Assembly: GCA_905178155.1 (NCBI GenBank)
Contig: CAJINV010000014.1
Location: 1,443,984-1,507,983 of the forward strand
Length of the DNA: 64,000 nt
DNA from: Amoebophrya sp. A120
Taxonomy: Eukaryota; Protista; Dinoflagellata
Direction: 5' to 3'
Part shown: positions 11,701 to 23,500 of the stretch, piece after piece
Numbering within the stretch: the first letter of the stretch is position 1
Layout of the letters: each line of letters opens with the position of its first letter
The notes under the pieces: generated by a model
The model's input: the letters and a program-made list of their open reading frames with translations, nothing else
Told to the model about the DNA's origin: nothing
Databases searched by the model: none
Translations under genes and position numbers: made by a program

Positions 11701-14700
11701 GATATCCTGAGTAAAAACGTACCCACCCCATAGTTGTAATGCAAATCTGCATGCTGAAAATGTTTCTCATGCGGAGCCCCATGAGAGGCATTGTATAGTC
11801 GTGCTTTGCAATTTGTCATGCTCCAATCAGCATGGTATGCTAGATCTGTGATGCTCCTGAGCTAGCTCAAACAGCACTACAATACGAGTCCAAATTTGTC
11901 ATGCAAAACAGCCAAAACTTGTGGATTTGTCTAGCCGATTCCCCATCTTGACTATGGTGTGGGTACGTTTTTACTCAGGATACACGAAACCGGTGATGCC
12001 GACCCGGCTGCCCAAACAGTCCCCGCACGGGCACTGCTACTTGTACCAGACCCGGGGGTACAGTGGCACCTTCCCGGACAAAAAATACGAGATCTGCAAG
12101 CCGGAAGACAAGCACGACGCGCGGTTCGCGATCCACGACCAGTACGGGGACGCGAACTACTATGTGAAGGGTGTCCAGTATCTGATCGGCACCGAGGGTC
12201 CGACGGCGCAGGCGAAATCAGCTTTATTAGCCGCGGAGGGCAACGTCGGGTTTTACCACCGGGTGGTGTTTGATCGCAACGCGACGGTGTACCCGGAACT
12301 GTACTTCGTCGGCTGTAGTGGTCCGAAATTACGATCTCTGTGCGGGTATTATTTGTTTTCCGGGGAATTCACCCAAGGAGCGACCATGTTCACCATGAGC
12401 AGCACTGTCCCTGGGGATCAGAAAGCAGTCGTGTACCGGCAAATTCGCGGCTCTACCTTCATCGATTCGCTTTTCGGCGAGCGTTGGACCATCGGGCCGG
12501 ACCCGAATACCGGGCTGCAAGCGAACTTCCTGGTCGATCAGAACCTCGCGAACTACGCGAACAATCTGAAGGCGTTCTACGGCGAGCAGACGACGTTTGT
12601 GAAAGTGCACAGACACACGTACGACTTGTACAATCCGACCACCGGGACGAAATTGACCGAGCAGGGGGTCTTCCTGGAAGTGGACCTTTTGATGACCGGA
12701 TCGAATTCGCATTTCGTCTACCCCGACCAGCAGATGGGGCCGTTTTCCTACAACCACGAAGTGCACGAAACGAGGAAGCAGAAGCTGGCGGACGTGTTTG
12801 GTGTGCCCGTGGCGCAAGTGTCTCCGCTGGACGGGTACAAGGGGAGGCTCGGCGCGGGAGATGGGAATAGTGCGAATGGTGGGGGAAAAACACCGGTGTC
12901 CTACTACATGACAAGTGTTGGCCTCCCGGATTCCTACCACGGCATGGTGAAGGAGCCGATGGACGAACTGACGTGCAATCAGGAGATGCGGACGAACGTT
13001 TTGTGCCCGATGCTCTGCACCATGACCAACACGTCCATCGTGAACAACCCGAACAACTGCACCTCGGTTTGCGAAAAGGAGTGCACGGGCGTCTACCCGG
13101 GGTTTGACATGAAAAGAGGTCTAAATTCCGCCGCAAGCATGACGGCGATGTTGGCGCATTTGGGGAAAATCAACTACAAGGCAAACCAGGACATTGTCAG
13201 AAACTTGCTGGGGGAAGAGGCGTACACGACGAGTGTTATCAACCACGGTAGCTTCGACTCTCCGTACTTGAAGCGGTACAGCGAGGAGCATTTTGGGTTG
13301 TTCAAGAAGATCTTCTATCCTCTGCAAAAGTATCGTACTCGTATTGCAAGTCTTGCATTACAAATCTTTTTTTTAAAGGTAAATCCGCATTACAAATTTT
13401 ATTTCTCATGCTGAGGAAATTTGTAATGCATTTATACGAGTACGATACTTTTGCAATGCATATCTTCGCGAATGAGAAAGAGGCGAGCGATCTTCTGCAT
13501 CCTTACGTGGCCAAGATGGACAAGATCGAGGACGATTTTTTGTCGGAAAAGGACCAGGAATTTTTGGAAGAGAAGTACGGAACAAAGAAAGATCATGATG
13601 CGAACAAGATGAACAAAAACTCTATCGACAAGAACATGCTAAAAGCGGTGAAGGCCAGTCGACAGTCTTACATGTTCATGAAGAGGATGAAGCAGAGGCT
13701 GTTCAATCCGGAATTTACGGAGTTGATCGAGACAAAAACCATCTGGACGAAGCCGCTGGACGAGATCGACGCGATGGATTATCCGGACGCAGGAGATGCA
13801 AATAGCCAACAGTTTTACTACGAAGAGCCATCAAGTTCATCTGTGGTTCCTCTGTCCAAAGTTTTCGGAACCAAAGTCACCTACCACGTGGACGAGAAAA
13901 ATTTAGATGACAGCGAGCAGCTCGTTCCCGCGGAAAAGAGGTCTCTCCGGAATAAATCGGTGGAACTGAAATCTAGCACGAAAACCCGGAAGCTGATGAC
14001 CAATAGCAAACGACGCCAGTTGTCGCATTTACCACTACCCTCCGCGAACAAACTCCGGTCCTACGACTGGAACGTCGACGCCTTGCACTTGATCGAGGAG
14101 CTGACCTTAACCGAGTTGACCGGCTGGACGCAGCCCGAGCACAATGCGAACACCTCGACGTTGATTTACGAGGTGAACAAAAACCGGTGGCGCTTGTCCG
14201 TCGGCGAAGCGGAATCGCTTTTCGAAGGGCAGTTAACCGCCGGGAAATTCACGTTTGAGTGCACGACTGGTTCCATGACGGATCCGTGTTTGAGTGCGAA
14301 TTTAGACCACTGGGTTGCGTGCGACGCCAGTTACATGTGCAACATGGAGCCGGAGCCGAAGTGGAAGTTACCAGCAGCGTCCGAGCAGGACATGTTCGCA
14401 AAGCAACTGGCGTATGACATGCAGCATGAGGACAACAACGCTTGCCACTTGCAAGAACCGAACAACAAGTGCACGACGTTTTACAAGCCGGAGTACCACT
14501 TCATCGAGAAAGCGCTAGTCCCCCCAAACGCATCTCCCAGTGCGAAAGAGGCCGCGAAGTGCAACAAAGACACGAACGACCAGAAGAGAAGAGACTCGCA
14601 GCTGTACCCCATCGTGACGAAGAACGAAAACGCGTGGATGTTCCAAATCGAGGACTGTGGCTTCCCGGGGGTTGACGGCTTGTACATCTACGACCCGGGG

Positions 14701-17700
14701 AAGGTTTTCTACATCGTGAAATTAGTCAACGAAACGGCCGTAAAGACTTGGGACACCCCCGCAAACGTGGATCAGACGGAATCGAGTTTACATTACTTTT
14801 CGAGGACAAACATTCGCGCGCACGAAGCCGGTAGTCACTCTGGGTATCATAGTGGGATCATCCCCAACAGCAACGAAAGAGATTCGGTGAACGGCATGAC
14901 CAGGATCTACGAGCACATCAACGGTACGGCGATGATCTACTACGATGCGGTGAAGCACCAGTGGTTGATTCTCGGGAACATGACGGGGCAAATTCAACCG
15001 TGGTCCCGGAAATTCGGGTCTTTTGAGTCGTCCAAAATTTCGACTCCCCCGTTTGACTTGCACCGGAACCGGCACGACCCCCCAACGACGCAGATCTCAT
15101 CTTCGGGAACTATTGTGACGAATCAGGACCTGAAGACGATCGGGTCCCTCGGGACCTGGACGTTCCGGCCCTCCAGCAAAACGGGCGCGGCGGGGGGGGA
15201 AGTGCTCCCCTATCACACGGACAGCGCGACGAAGAACTACGGGTTTACGCCGATGACGCACGAGCGGTTTGTGTTGAACGATTTGATCCCCGGGTACCAA
15301 TACATGGGAGAATTTCTCCAAGGTCACCCCGGCCTCCCGATTCTCTTTTCCTGCAGCTCCAAAGTGGGGTACGCGGCTTTGTGCAACAGCAACTGGCGCG
15401 CGGAGCACCGGCAAACGGACGGACTGCCGCCGCCGAAGGTGAAGATGTTCCTCGGGCCGCCCACGGTGGAGGGCGTGGACTACTGGCACCCGGCGACGCA
15501 GAGTGACACGACCTTTCCGAACATTTTCACGATTGAATTACCCGACCACGAAAAAATCTGCAAGGAGGTGGTGGACGAGATCAACAGGGAGATTGGATTA
15601 CCCAATTCCCACGCTTCCCGGGAGGATTTCAAGCACGTGGCCTTCATGTCCTGCATGTTCAACTACTTACCGGGGAAGTACGTGCGGACCGGATACCCAG
15701 AACGGGACCAGATTTTCGGGCAGGAGGACGGAACCACCCCAACGTGGCAGTTGGTCCATCCGGGTTTGAAGGTGAACGGCTTGGAACCGTGGTTGTTGCA
15801 AGTCGACCCGACTTTGGTCACGGCCGACACGGCGTATGTTCTCCGGCCGCCGAAGATGTGCAACGCGACGCACCCGAACGGGTTGACGAACAACCACGTT
15901 TGTTCGAACTGCGAAAACCAGGACGCGTTCTTTTGCCAAACGGACCACGTGAGAACGCTGTGCACCAACAGCAGCAATTGGCACGTCGCGACGGCCGCCG
16001 GTCAGCCGGGGGCGCAGCTGCCGTACGGGATGGAAGACACGAGTTCGATGACGATGGCTCAGATGTTTGCCGCGAAGCACCCTCTGATGTCACCAATGGG
16101 TGTTCCGAAATCCAAGCCGATTCTGAAAGAGGACCCGGACCCGGCGTATTACGTTTATTCCGGGATTTGGGTGGAATTCTACGGGGTGTACGTCGCGATG
16201 AACCCGGTCTCGTCCTTCGGGATGGTGGACGTGCTCATGCGGGGGAACAAGGCGATGACGGACCGGACGTGGTACAAAAATGTCCCAGCAAGCGCGATCA
16301 ACGCGGACGGGTACACGATTAACTGGAACCAGTACTGGACGAGCATCTACGGGTCCACCGCCGACAGTATGCCGGAACCCCCCGCGCCCACTTTGAGCCT
16401 GGTCGAGCAGTTCGGGGGGAATGTGTTTGTGAAGGCGACCACGGACGTGAACCCGCAGCCGACGATCATGGTGTACAACCAAGCAAACCAGTTATGGGAA
16501 TTGCGGTATTTGTTTTCCGAGACGGACTGCTTTCACCCCGTGTCTGGTGTTCTGATCGGGAGGTCGGAGGCGGTTTCCAGTGATTACCAGCTGTGTTTGA
16601 CGAACAAACACCCGAGTAAAAAATTATGCCGCTGCGTGTCCCGCATGACCAAAGCGAGCGACCCGGTGTACATCTGTTACTCCCCGCAGAAAGAGGTCGC
16701 GCCCTGCGGGTCCGGCTGGCAGGTCCCGGCACCGTGCGACACGAACGCGTTCCGGACGACGTTTGGCCATTCTTGCGAATACGCAAAACAGTCACCCCCT
16801 CGACTCGCGAAAGTGCAGGGGCCGCAGGTGACTCGCGGGACGTTCGTCGAAGCGGCCGGGGCCACGACGACCCCGCCGCCGACGACCACTGGGCTACCGC
16901 CGACCACAACCGAGAATCCGAAAGTGGTTACGACTTACACGAACAACGTTGCGGTGTCCATGCAGTTCGACTACTTGCAGAACGCGGAGGCACCCGCGGC
17001 CACGGCGCTGCGCATCATGAACGACAACGCCATGAAATCGGCTTTGGAGAAGGGGTTCGCGGCGTCTATCGGGATGAACGAGACCAGGGTGACGATCACC
17101 TCGGTTTCTGTGCCCGGGACAGCAACGGACACGACAAGTTCAGACACGAGCACTTCCGATGCTGGCACGACCGGTAGTACAACATCGAGCACGAGCAACT
17201 CCACCAGACGTGAGCTTTTCACGGTCGACATGACGATTAAATCCAGGAAGGCAGTGGAAGCGATCATTGCAAAGGAGAAAGAGCAGGCCCGTGCCGCAGC
17301 GGCGGCAAAGACACCAGCATCAAGGCACCTCCAAGCCTCAACCAAATTCGAACTGCAAATCGACTACCGGATTCTGATCACATCCACAGACCGCACAACC
17401 ACAATTGGAAAAGCGAATTGCTTGCAGTTAACGACTGAGCAGTGCAACGATTTGCTCAAAGAAGCCGTCGCCGCGGTCGACACGAACACGCTCACCACCC
17501 AGTTGATCATGGCGATCAATCTCTCCGGTTCGCAGCTAGCGAAGGACTTGTTGGTCCGGGATGTGTATCAAATGTAAAAATGTCTGGGTCTGGAAGATTG
17601 CCAGGTTTGTCATGCACATTTTGCATGACTCCTCAAGTCTGCGATGCATGCCCTAGCATCACAGATTTTTAGAGGGCTTCCTGAAGCCTATTCCGCATGA

Positions 17701-18895
17701 CAAATGCTCTTTCCGTGCTGCAAAATTTGGACTCTCTTTGCTGCTCATGCAATACAGATTTTTTTAGAATCCAAAATGAGCATGACAAGTTGGACCCTTC
17801 CAGACCCAGACATTTTTACAGTTGATAATGTGTTGTCCAAACCGACCATGACCACCTCCATGGACAGCTTCATGACACTATCAAAAGGAAAAATCCCCCC
17901 TCCCCATATCGAAAAGGCACGCCTCAGAGAATTTGCGATGCTGATTTGTGACCACAAATAGCGTCTGTCTTGCAAGAAAGCAACGGCATAGGCTTGGCTC
18001 CGTTATGCAGTCGGTTTGTAATGCTGTCGGGCGTACAGCATAGACGTTCCCCATGCTAAGTGCCTAGGCCAAAGCCTCTCTATATTGGCACGATATGGGC
18101 TTGGAGTCCTCTACTGCAAGACAAATCTGATTTGTGTACGCAAATCCAGCATCAGAAGTCTCGTTCTGCTATGGGGAGGGGGATTTTTCCTTTTGATAGA
18201 CGCAAACGGTCGACGAGATCTTCGCGGCCAAAGTCCCGGTCCGGCCGGTTTCCAAGATGCAGATCGCGTGGCGAGTGACCATCGTCATGCGGTTTCTGGA
18301 CTGCATGAGCGAACTGGAGCTGAACGCGAGTCCGCAGCTGACGCAAGCGTTGAAGTTCTCGTTTCAGACCTCCTTGGACCGGATCGCCAACGCCAATCAG
18401 TACCAGGAGGTGCAGACCCAGGTGCACTGTTTGCTCTGCTCGACCATCGGGTGCGGGTTTTTGACAAGAGAGCTGGAGGAAGGGAAGGACAGCGCGAATG
18501 ACAAAGCGGCTCTACCTTTACCGTCGCAGTCCAGCATGACAAAATCCAGAAGTCTCCAGGAGTCGCAGCAATCCCGGCACATCCACGTGGACGTGTTGCT
18601 CGTGTACCGGTCGGCCACCTCGGCTTTCGCCGCCTCTGCGGCGTTGGAGTCGACTCTGACGGAATTCGCGCAGTACCTGCACGAGGATTTGGCAGTGCAG
18701 CTTCCCGCGGGGATCTACACCGTGGAAAATGTGGAATCCGTCGGGCCGCCGCAACTCGGGGGCGGGGTGGTCGGCGAGTGGACGGTGAACTCCGCTCCGT
18801 CCGGAAAATTTGCTGGCGTGTCGGGCTCCTTCGGGTCCTTTGCTCTCGTCGGCATGATGGTGTTGTGGGTGGCGGTGCGCGAAATGCTGTTGTGA
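8724..18895 (+). CDS. Very large putative secreted/surface-anchored protein (2744 aa, 9 exons)
   Basis: Exons 8724-10304, 10529-10704, 10973-11036, 11196-11412, 11670-11702, 11988-13315, 13468-17565, 17833-17878, 18204-18895 (8235 nt, in frame). One GT-AG intron plus seven TIR elements. Cys-rich body, Thr/Ser-rich stalk, hydrophobic C-terminal tail; no family recognised. Confidence 0.8.
10705..10967. mobile_element. TIR introner, family A
   Basis: TATCAACTGCAAAAGTGTCTGGGTCTGGAAG...CTTCCAGACCCAGACATTTTTGCTTTTCATA; TSD TTCGA; restores YFEFDNQW. Confidence 0.92.
11037..11190. mobile_element. TIR introner, family B
   Basis: TATGCAATGCAAAAGCATCGTA...TACGATACTTTTGCAGAGCATA; TSD TCCAA. Confidence 0.9.
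11413..11664. mobile_element. TIR introner, family A
   Basis: 30-bp TIR TATCAAATG(C/T)AAAAATGTCTGGGTCTGGAA; TSD GCGTT; reverse-complement relative of 38464 and 56279. Confidence 0.92.
11703..11982. mobile_element. TIR introner, family J
   Basis: TATCCTGAGTAAAAACGTACCCAC...GTGGGTACGTTTTTACTCAGGATA; TSD CACGA. Confidence 0.92.
13316..13462. mobile_element. TIR introner, family B
   Basis: TATCCTCTGCAAAAGTATCGTACTCGTA...TACGAGTACGATACTTTTGCAATGCATA; TSD TCTTC; joins the 497-aa and 1389-aa ORFs; interior very similar to 3428. Confidence 0.92.
17566..17827. mobile_element. TIR introner, family A
   Basis: Family A TIRs; TSD ATGTG; reverse-complement relative of 10705-10967. Confidence 0.92.
17879..18198. 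mobile_element. TIR introner, family C
   Basis: TATCAAAAGGAAAAATCCCCCTCCCCAT...ATGGGGAGGGGGATTTTTCCTTTTGATA; flanks GACAC/GACGC. Confidence 0.9.
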
Positions 18896-20566
18896 GTGGA
18901 GGAAAAGCGTGGGTGAATCGACGACGAGAGGAAATACGCTTGTTGTTCAACACCAGATGAACTTTTTTTGCATGATCACTTTTTTCACAAGGTTTATGGC
19001 AATTCTTTGTATGATTTTTGAAATTCATCTTCACTATACACAAATTTAAACCAGTTTGGCAGTGTTTCTGAATGTTTTGTACAGTAAGTTTGGCCTGAAA
19101 ATGGCTGTTGTGCATGGGATTTCATTGCACGATGATTCTTGTTTTTTTGGCCGTAAGTAACTAAGAAATACACGAAGCAAAATCATAGTCCGAACCATGT
19201 ATTCACGGAATAAAGCAACCATAGACAGCATACAAAAGCAGTATCTTCAGTACTACAACACTCTTCTTGATTAAACTCTGAAAGCAAGCCGGTAAGCAGC
19301 GAAGCAGGCTGAGAAAGCAGGAGCTAGCAACACTCTTCTTGATTAAACTTATGAAAGCAAAAAGACACAACCAGAACATCTTTATTTTTTGGCATTTTTT
19401 TCAGAGAACAACTTTGCATGACCAAAAAAGCCCACGAATAATTTTTTGAACTGACAACTTTCACTGGACTTTTTCAGATTAACATTCGATGAACATCAAA
19501 ACTTTTTCAGATTAACATTTTTCATCTTTACCTTCGGTTTTCATTTTAGCATATTACATTAGCATCACATAAGCCTACCCGTGAAGATTTACGTAGCTTT
19601 CCCCAATCCACGACCCCGTCCCCTGATTATCCATCACCTTCAACCACGTCTCTAACCTTGAGAAGCGCAAAGCCAGCGTATCCCGTGACTCGTCAACCCT
19701 AAGATGCGAATCTACTTGAGGATGGCTTTGCGAACACATAAAAATCCCGAAAACAAATTCTCAGACCAAAATTGTATCGTATCCCTGTACAGTTTCTGAA
19801 AAAAAAAGACTGCGTCTCGTCCGGGCAGCCAGTGCTGTGCTGGGTGGTGGTTGGGCCTTACTTGCGGTTATGCCGAGGACATTTATGTCCTCGCGCGTGT
19901 TTCAAGATAAGTCCGTTAATTTTGCTTTTCTTTTTGTCTCGTCTTGGACCGGGAAAGAGCAAGCGTTTAGTTTTTTAGTTCCTGCTTGCACGAGCGAGGC
20001 AGCCTACGGAAGATTCTTGATCGTCCTTTGTGTAACTTCTACAACCAGAAAAATTAATTGTCGTCCGTGGGCGCAAGAAATCAGTCGGTCGTAAATGGTA
20101 CCCTCGTGGTTGAGATCATACATCGTTTTCGAAGGAATTATGTGAAATTTAAGGGTCATATTTGTCTAGCCTGGGTCGTCTAAGTCTTTAAATTCAATGT
20201 CGTTTATTTGTCGTGATTCACTGTGTTGGTCTTGGTGGGCCGGTCGTAGTTTCCTCACAGTTCATCTTTGCCTGTTGCCACAGCAGGCCGCAAAGTAGTG
20301 CACGTAGACAGAGCCGGTGGAGGAACGACTAGAACTAGATCCAGGTGGTTAACATGCGCATGTCAATGAAAAAGTAAAAGATCGACTTGGAGCAGGAGAC
20401 GTCGTGTACAATATCATGGTTTTCTCGTAGCTTCTCGTAGTGCAGCCGCCGAGTAGTTCTGTGTTTTTGTTGAAGATGAAGTAAGAAGCAAAAGAGCGCA
20501 AGCTCTTTTTGCATAAAGAAGATCAAAATCACTATCACCCCCGCCCGACTGTAAGAACATCAAACC

Positions 20567-23500
20567 ATGAATGACTACACACGGTACCGGGCTGCGGTTA
20601 CGCACCCGAACAAGACGCTGGACAAGATGATCCGCCACGAGGAGATGCAGCGCATGAAGACCCGCGTGCGGAACGCAAGCCCGGAAAAGGCGGTGACACT
20701 AGACCTCGGCCGCATCCACGTGAAGAAAATCGAGGCGTACGAGAAGTATCTCCGGCATGAGAGGCTGCAACGGCAGCAGTTCCACGAGCACCAGCAGTCC
20801 CTGCAGTCCATGAAAAGCCGGATACAAAAATCCAGTGCGGCGGTTGTCATACCCGCGCGGGCGATGTTGCTGCAACAAGGGACTAGTACGGGTTCGAAGA
20901 GTCGGAGTTCCTCGGCTCCTGGGACTGGTAACAAGAAACACAAACAAGGGAAGAAAGACCACAATAGTTTGAAAATCACAGGGGAGAAGAACAGATTAGC
21001 TTTAATCCTCGGGAATATCGTCCAAAACCTAGACAACTTATCGAAAAACGACGCGTACCAGGAGGATGAGCAAATTCGGGCGAGGATAAACGCCATCCGG
21101 GAAAAATTTACCGCGATCAAAACGCACATGCGGTACACGCAGGTGCACCAGGTCAGTAGTGAAAACGTGATCAATGACTTAAAAGTCCGCGCGGCGGTCG
21201 CAGCCGGGATCAGACGAGCGGAAAGCATTGTCGCGAAGCAGATGACGAATGCGAGTACTATGCGGGTTGCTGGCAGTGGTGAAGTAGATTTTGAACCAGC
21301 GCAGCAGGAGGCATCTCTGCAAGGAGCACCTGCATCTTCTGGTGTGCAGCAGTCTCAGTCACAACACCCACCGGGAACGCCACCGTTCCCGGCCACTCCG
21401 CCTGGAAGAGGAGCAGAAACAGCTGCTGTTTCAACATCCGGTGGCGCTGGTGGTACTCAAAGTGGAGGAGAAAATACAGCCGTCGCCGCTCAACAGGAGA
21501 ATTTGAACGCAACTAATGTGACAAATGCACCAGCAACTTTCGCGGATCAACCACCGGTCGGGCCGACATTTGCGGCGCATCAAGCTGTAGTTCCAGCAGG
21601 AGGGAGTGATCAAAAACAAGTTCTAGTTGTGCTCACCCAGCCCGAAAAGTCATCCTCTTCCTCTAGCGGGAACAAGAAAGGAAAAGCGTCAGCTTCTTCT
21701 TCAAGTATCAACCCGAAGATGGGTAGCTCAGCAGGAGCAAAAGGAACGTCATCGGGTAGTAGTTCCAAAGACAAAAAAGACGGGAAGAATAACCCTGCTT
21801 CTTCGAAGGAGAAACCTTCCGCCAAGGAAGTCTGTGTCCTCCGGCACCAAGCCGCTGTGATTCAACAACAAGCGTCGGTCATCCAGCAGCAGGCACAGCT
21901 GATTGCGCAGGCCGTGAAGAATGACCAACTGCACGAAACGGGCGGCATGATGGCGGCGGCTCTGGACGTCGCGACAAACCAGGCGCAAAGGGGGCGGATC
22001 ATGAACAATCAAGCCGCCGCAACCATGGCGGGGAAGGACTTCGGGACAGCTGCAAATAAAGCCGGAGGAGATCATCATAAGGCTGCTGGTGGGAAGAAGA
22101 AGCAAGACAAAAAAGACGGAAAGACCGGTCCGCTGGGGAAGAAGAACAAATACGAGCGTGCTGGATCATATCCACTGGAAATTTCCTGTACACAGACAGC
22201 ATACAGATGGTGTTTCTACTACATCTACTGTATGGCGAAACTTTCATCTCTCAAACCTGTTACTGTTTAGCATGACAAGTCGGACGCTTTGAATATGGGG
22301 AAAGTAAAACTTCTATGCAATGATGCATTTCGCACATCATGTACGGGAAATTTATTGCATTGCATAGAGCAAAGTCAAAATTGGCACGCGTGCCGGAGGA
22401 AGCATCTTTCTCCCTCGCAAGTCGCGCCGGGACGGAATCTGTGTTGCATGGGGAGGAAGAGGCGGAAAGAGAACCGGTGGAAGCGGAGACCAGGCCAGTC
22501 AGTGCGTCCGAAGTGGTGGAACAGGAACCAAGGTAATTCTTATGGGTAATTTCAATTTGTGATGCTGGGCATGATGCATAATGCGAAGCTCAGTCGTGCA
22601 AGAAGAAGAACCGCATGAATTCATTTCAAACGAGACTTCTTTTATCGAACTTGAACCTGTAGAAAAACTTCTATCACGACATCAGAACCCCACCCATCCC
22701 GGACAACTTCAATCTGGAAGCCTCCCCCGGCGGGTTGGAAATGACGCACGTCGGCGGCAGAGCCGGCCCGATGGCAAAAGATTTAGTCCAGAACTTAGTC
22801 GACGGCGCCATTCGAAACGATGCCGACACTCCGGAGGACGATAGGTACGGGGGAAGGGAGGTAATCGATTCTGGCGATCAGCTGGACTCGGACAGGATGC
22901 AGAAGAGCAGCCCGAGAGTATTTTAAAACTACAACTAAGTAGTTTATTTCGCTTTTTGCTCGATTTTTGAGATTTTCTATTTTGTTTTTGCATCCCTAAA
23001 TCGAAGAAAACTAAAGATCAATCTATCACCATTCGATCAGGTCGAAAACCAGAACACGCGGCACGCCCGACGGCTCGCGTCATCGCTATGGCGTTCTCAA
23101 ACGTTACATTCTCAACTGATACATGGGTTTATGCAAGAACAGCAACAGTGAAAGCGGCAATATTGCAGCTTTCGCATCACAAATTTGCCACAAATTTTCA
23201 TTTTGTTTAGCCCTTCGAAAATTTGTCATGCAAAGCACCTTGATCAAGTGGAGACCGATGGCAATTTTGCATGAAAAATCCGTGTAACAGTTGAGAATGT
23301 AACAGCTGAGAGCGCCATAATCGCAAGACACGTTTCAGCAAGTGGACCGACCTCCAATAGACCCGAGCCAGCAACACCAGTACTACGATCACCAAACCGG
23401 AGCTGTGGCCCAAGTAGAAGGACCACATCAAGCAGCAACTACACCGGACAACCTCACTTCCGCGCAATTAGAAAGTCTCGATGATGAAAACCAGCGGAAC

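Noticed and set aside
8979-19115. Long minus-strand ORFs (262, 225, 276 aa)
   Set aside because: Antisense shadows of GC3-rich plus-strand exons
19256-19519. Short direct repeats (CAACACTCTTCTTGATTAAACT twice; ACTTTTTCAGATTAACATT twice); similar pair near 26774-26838
   Set aside because: Two copies each, consistent with ordinary local duplication
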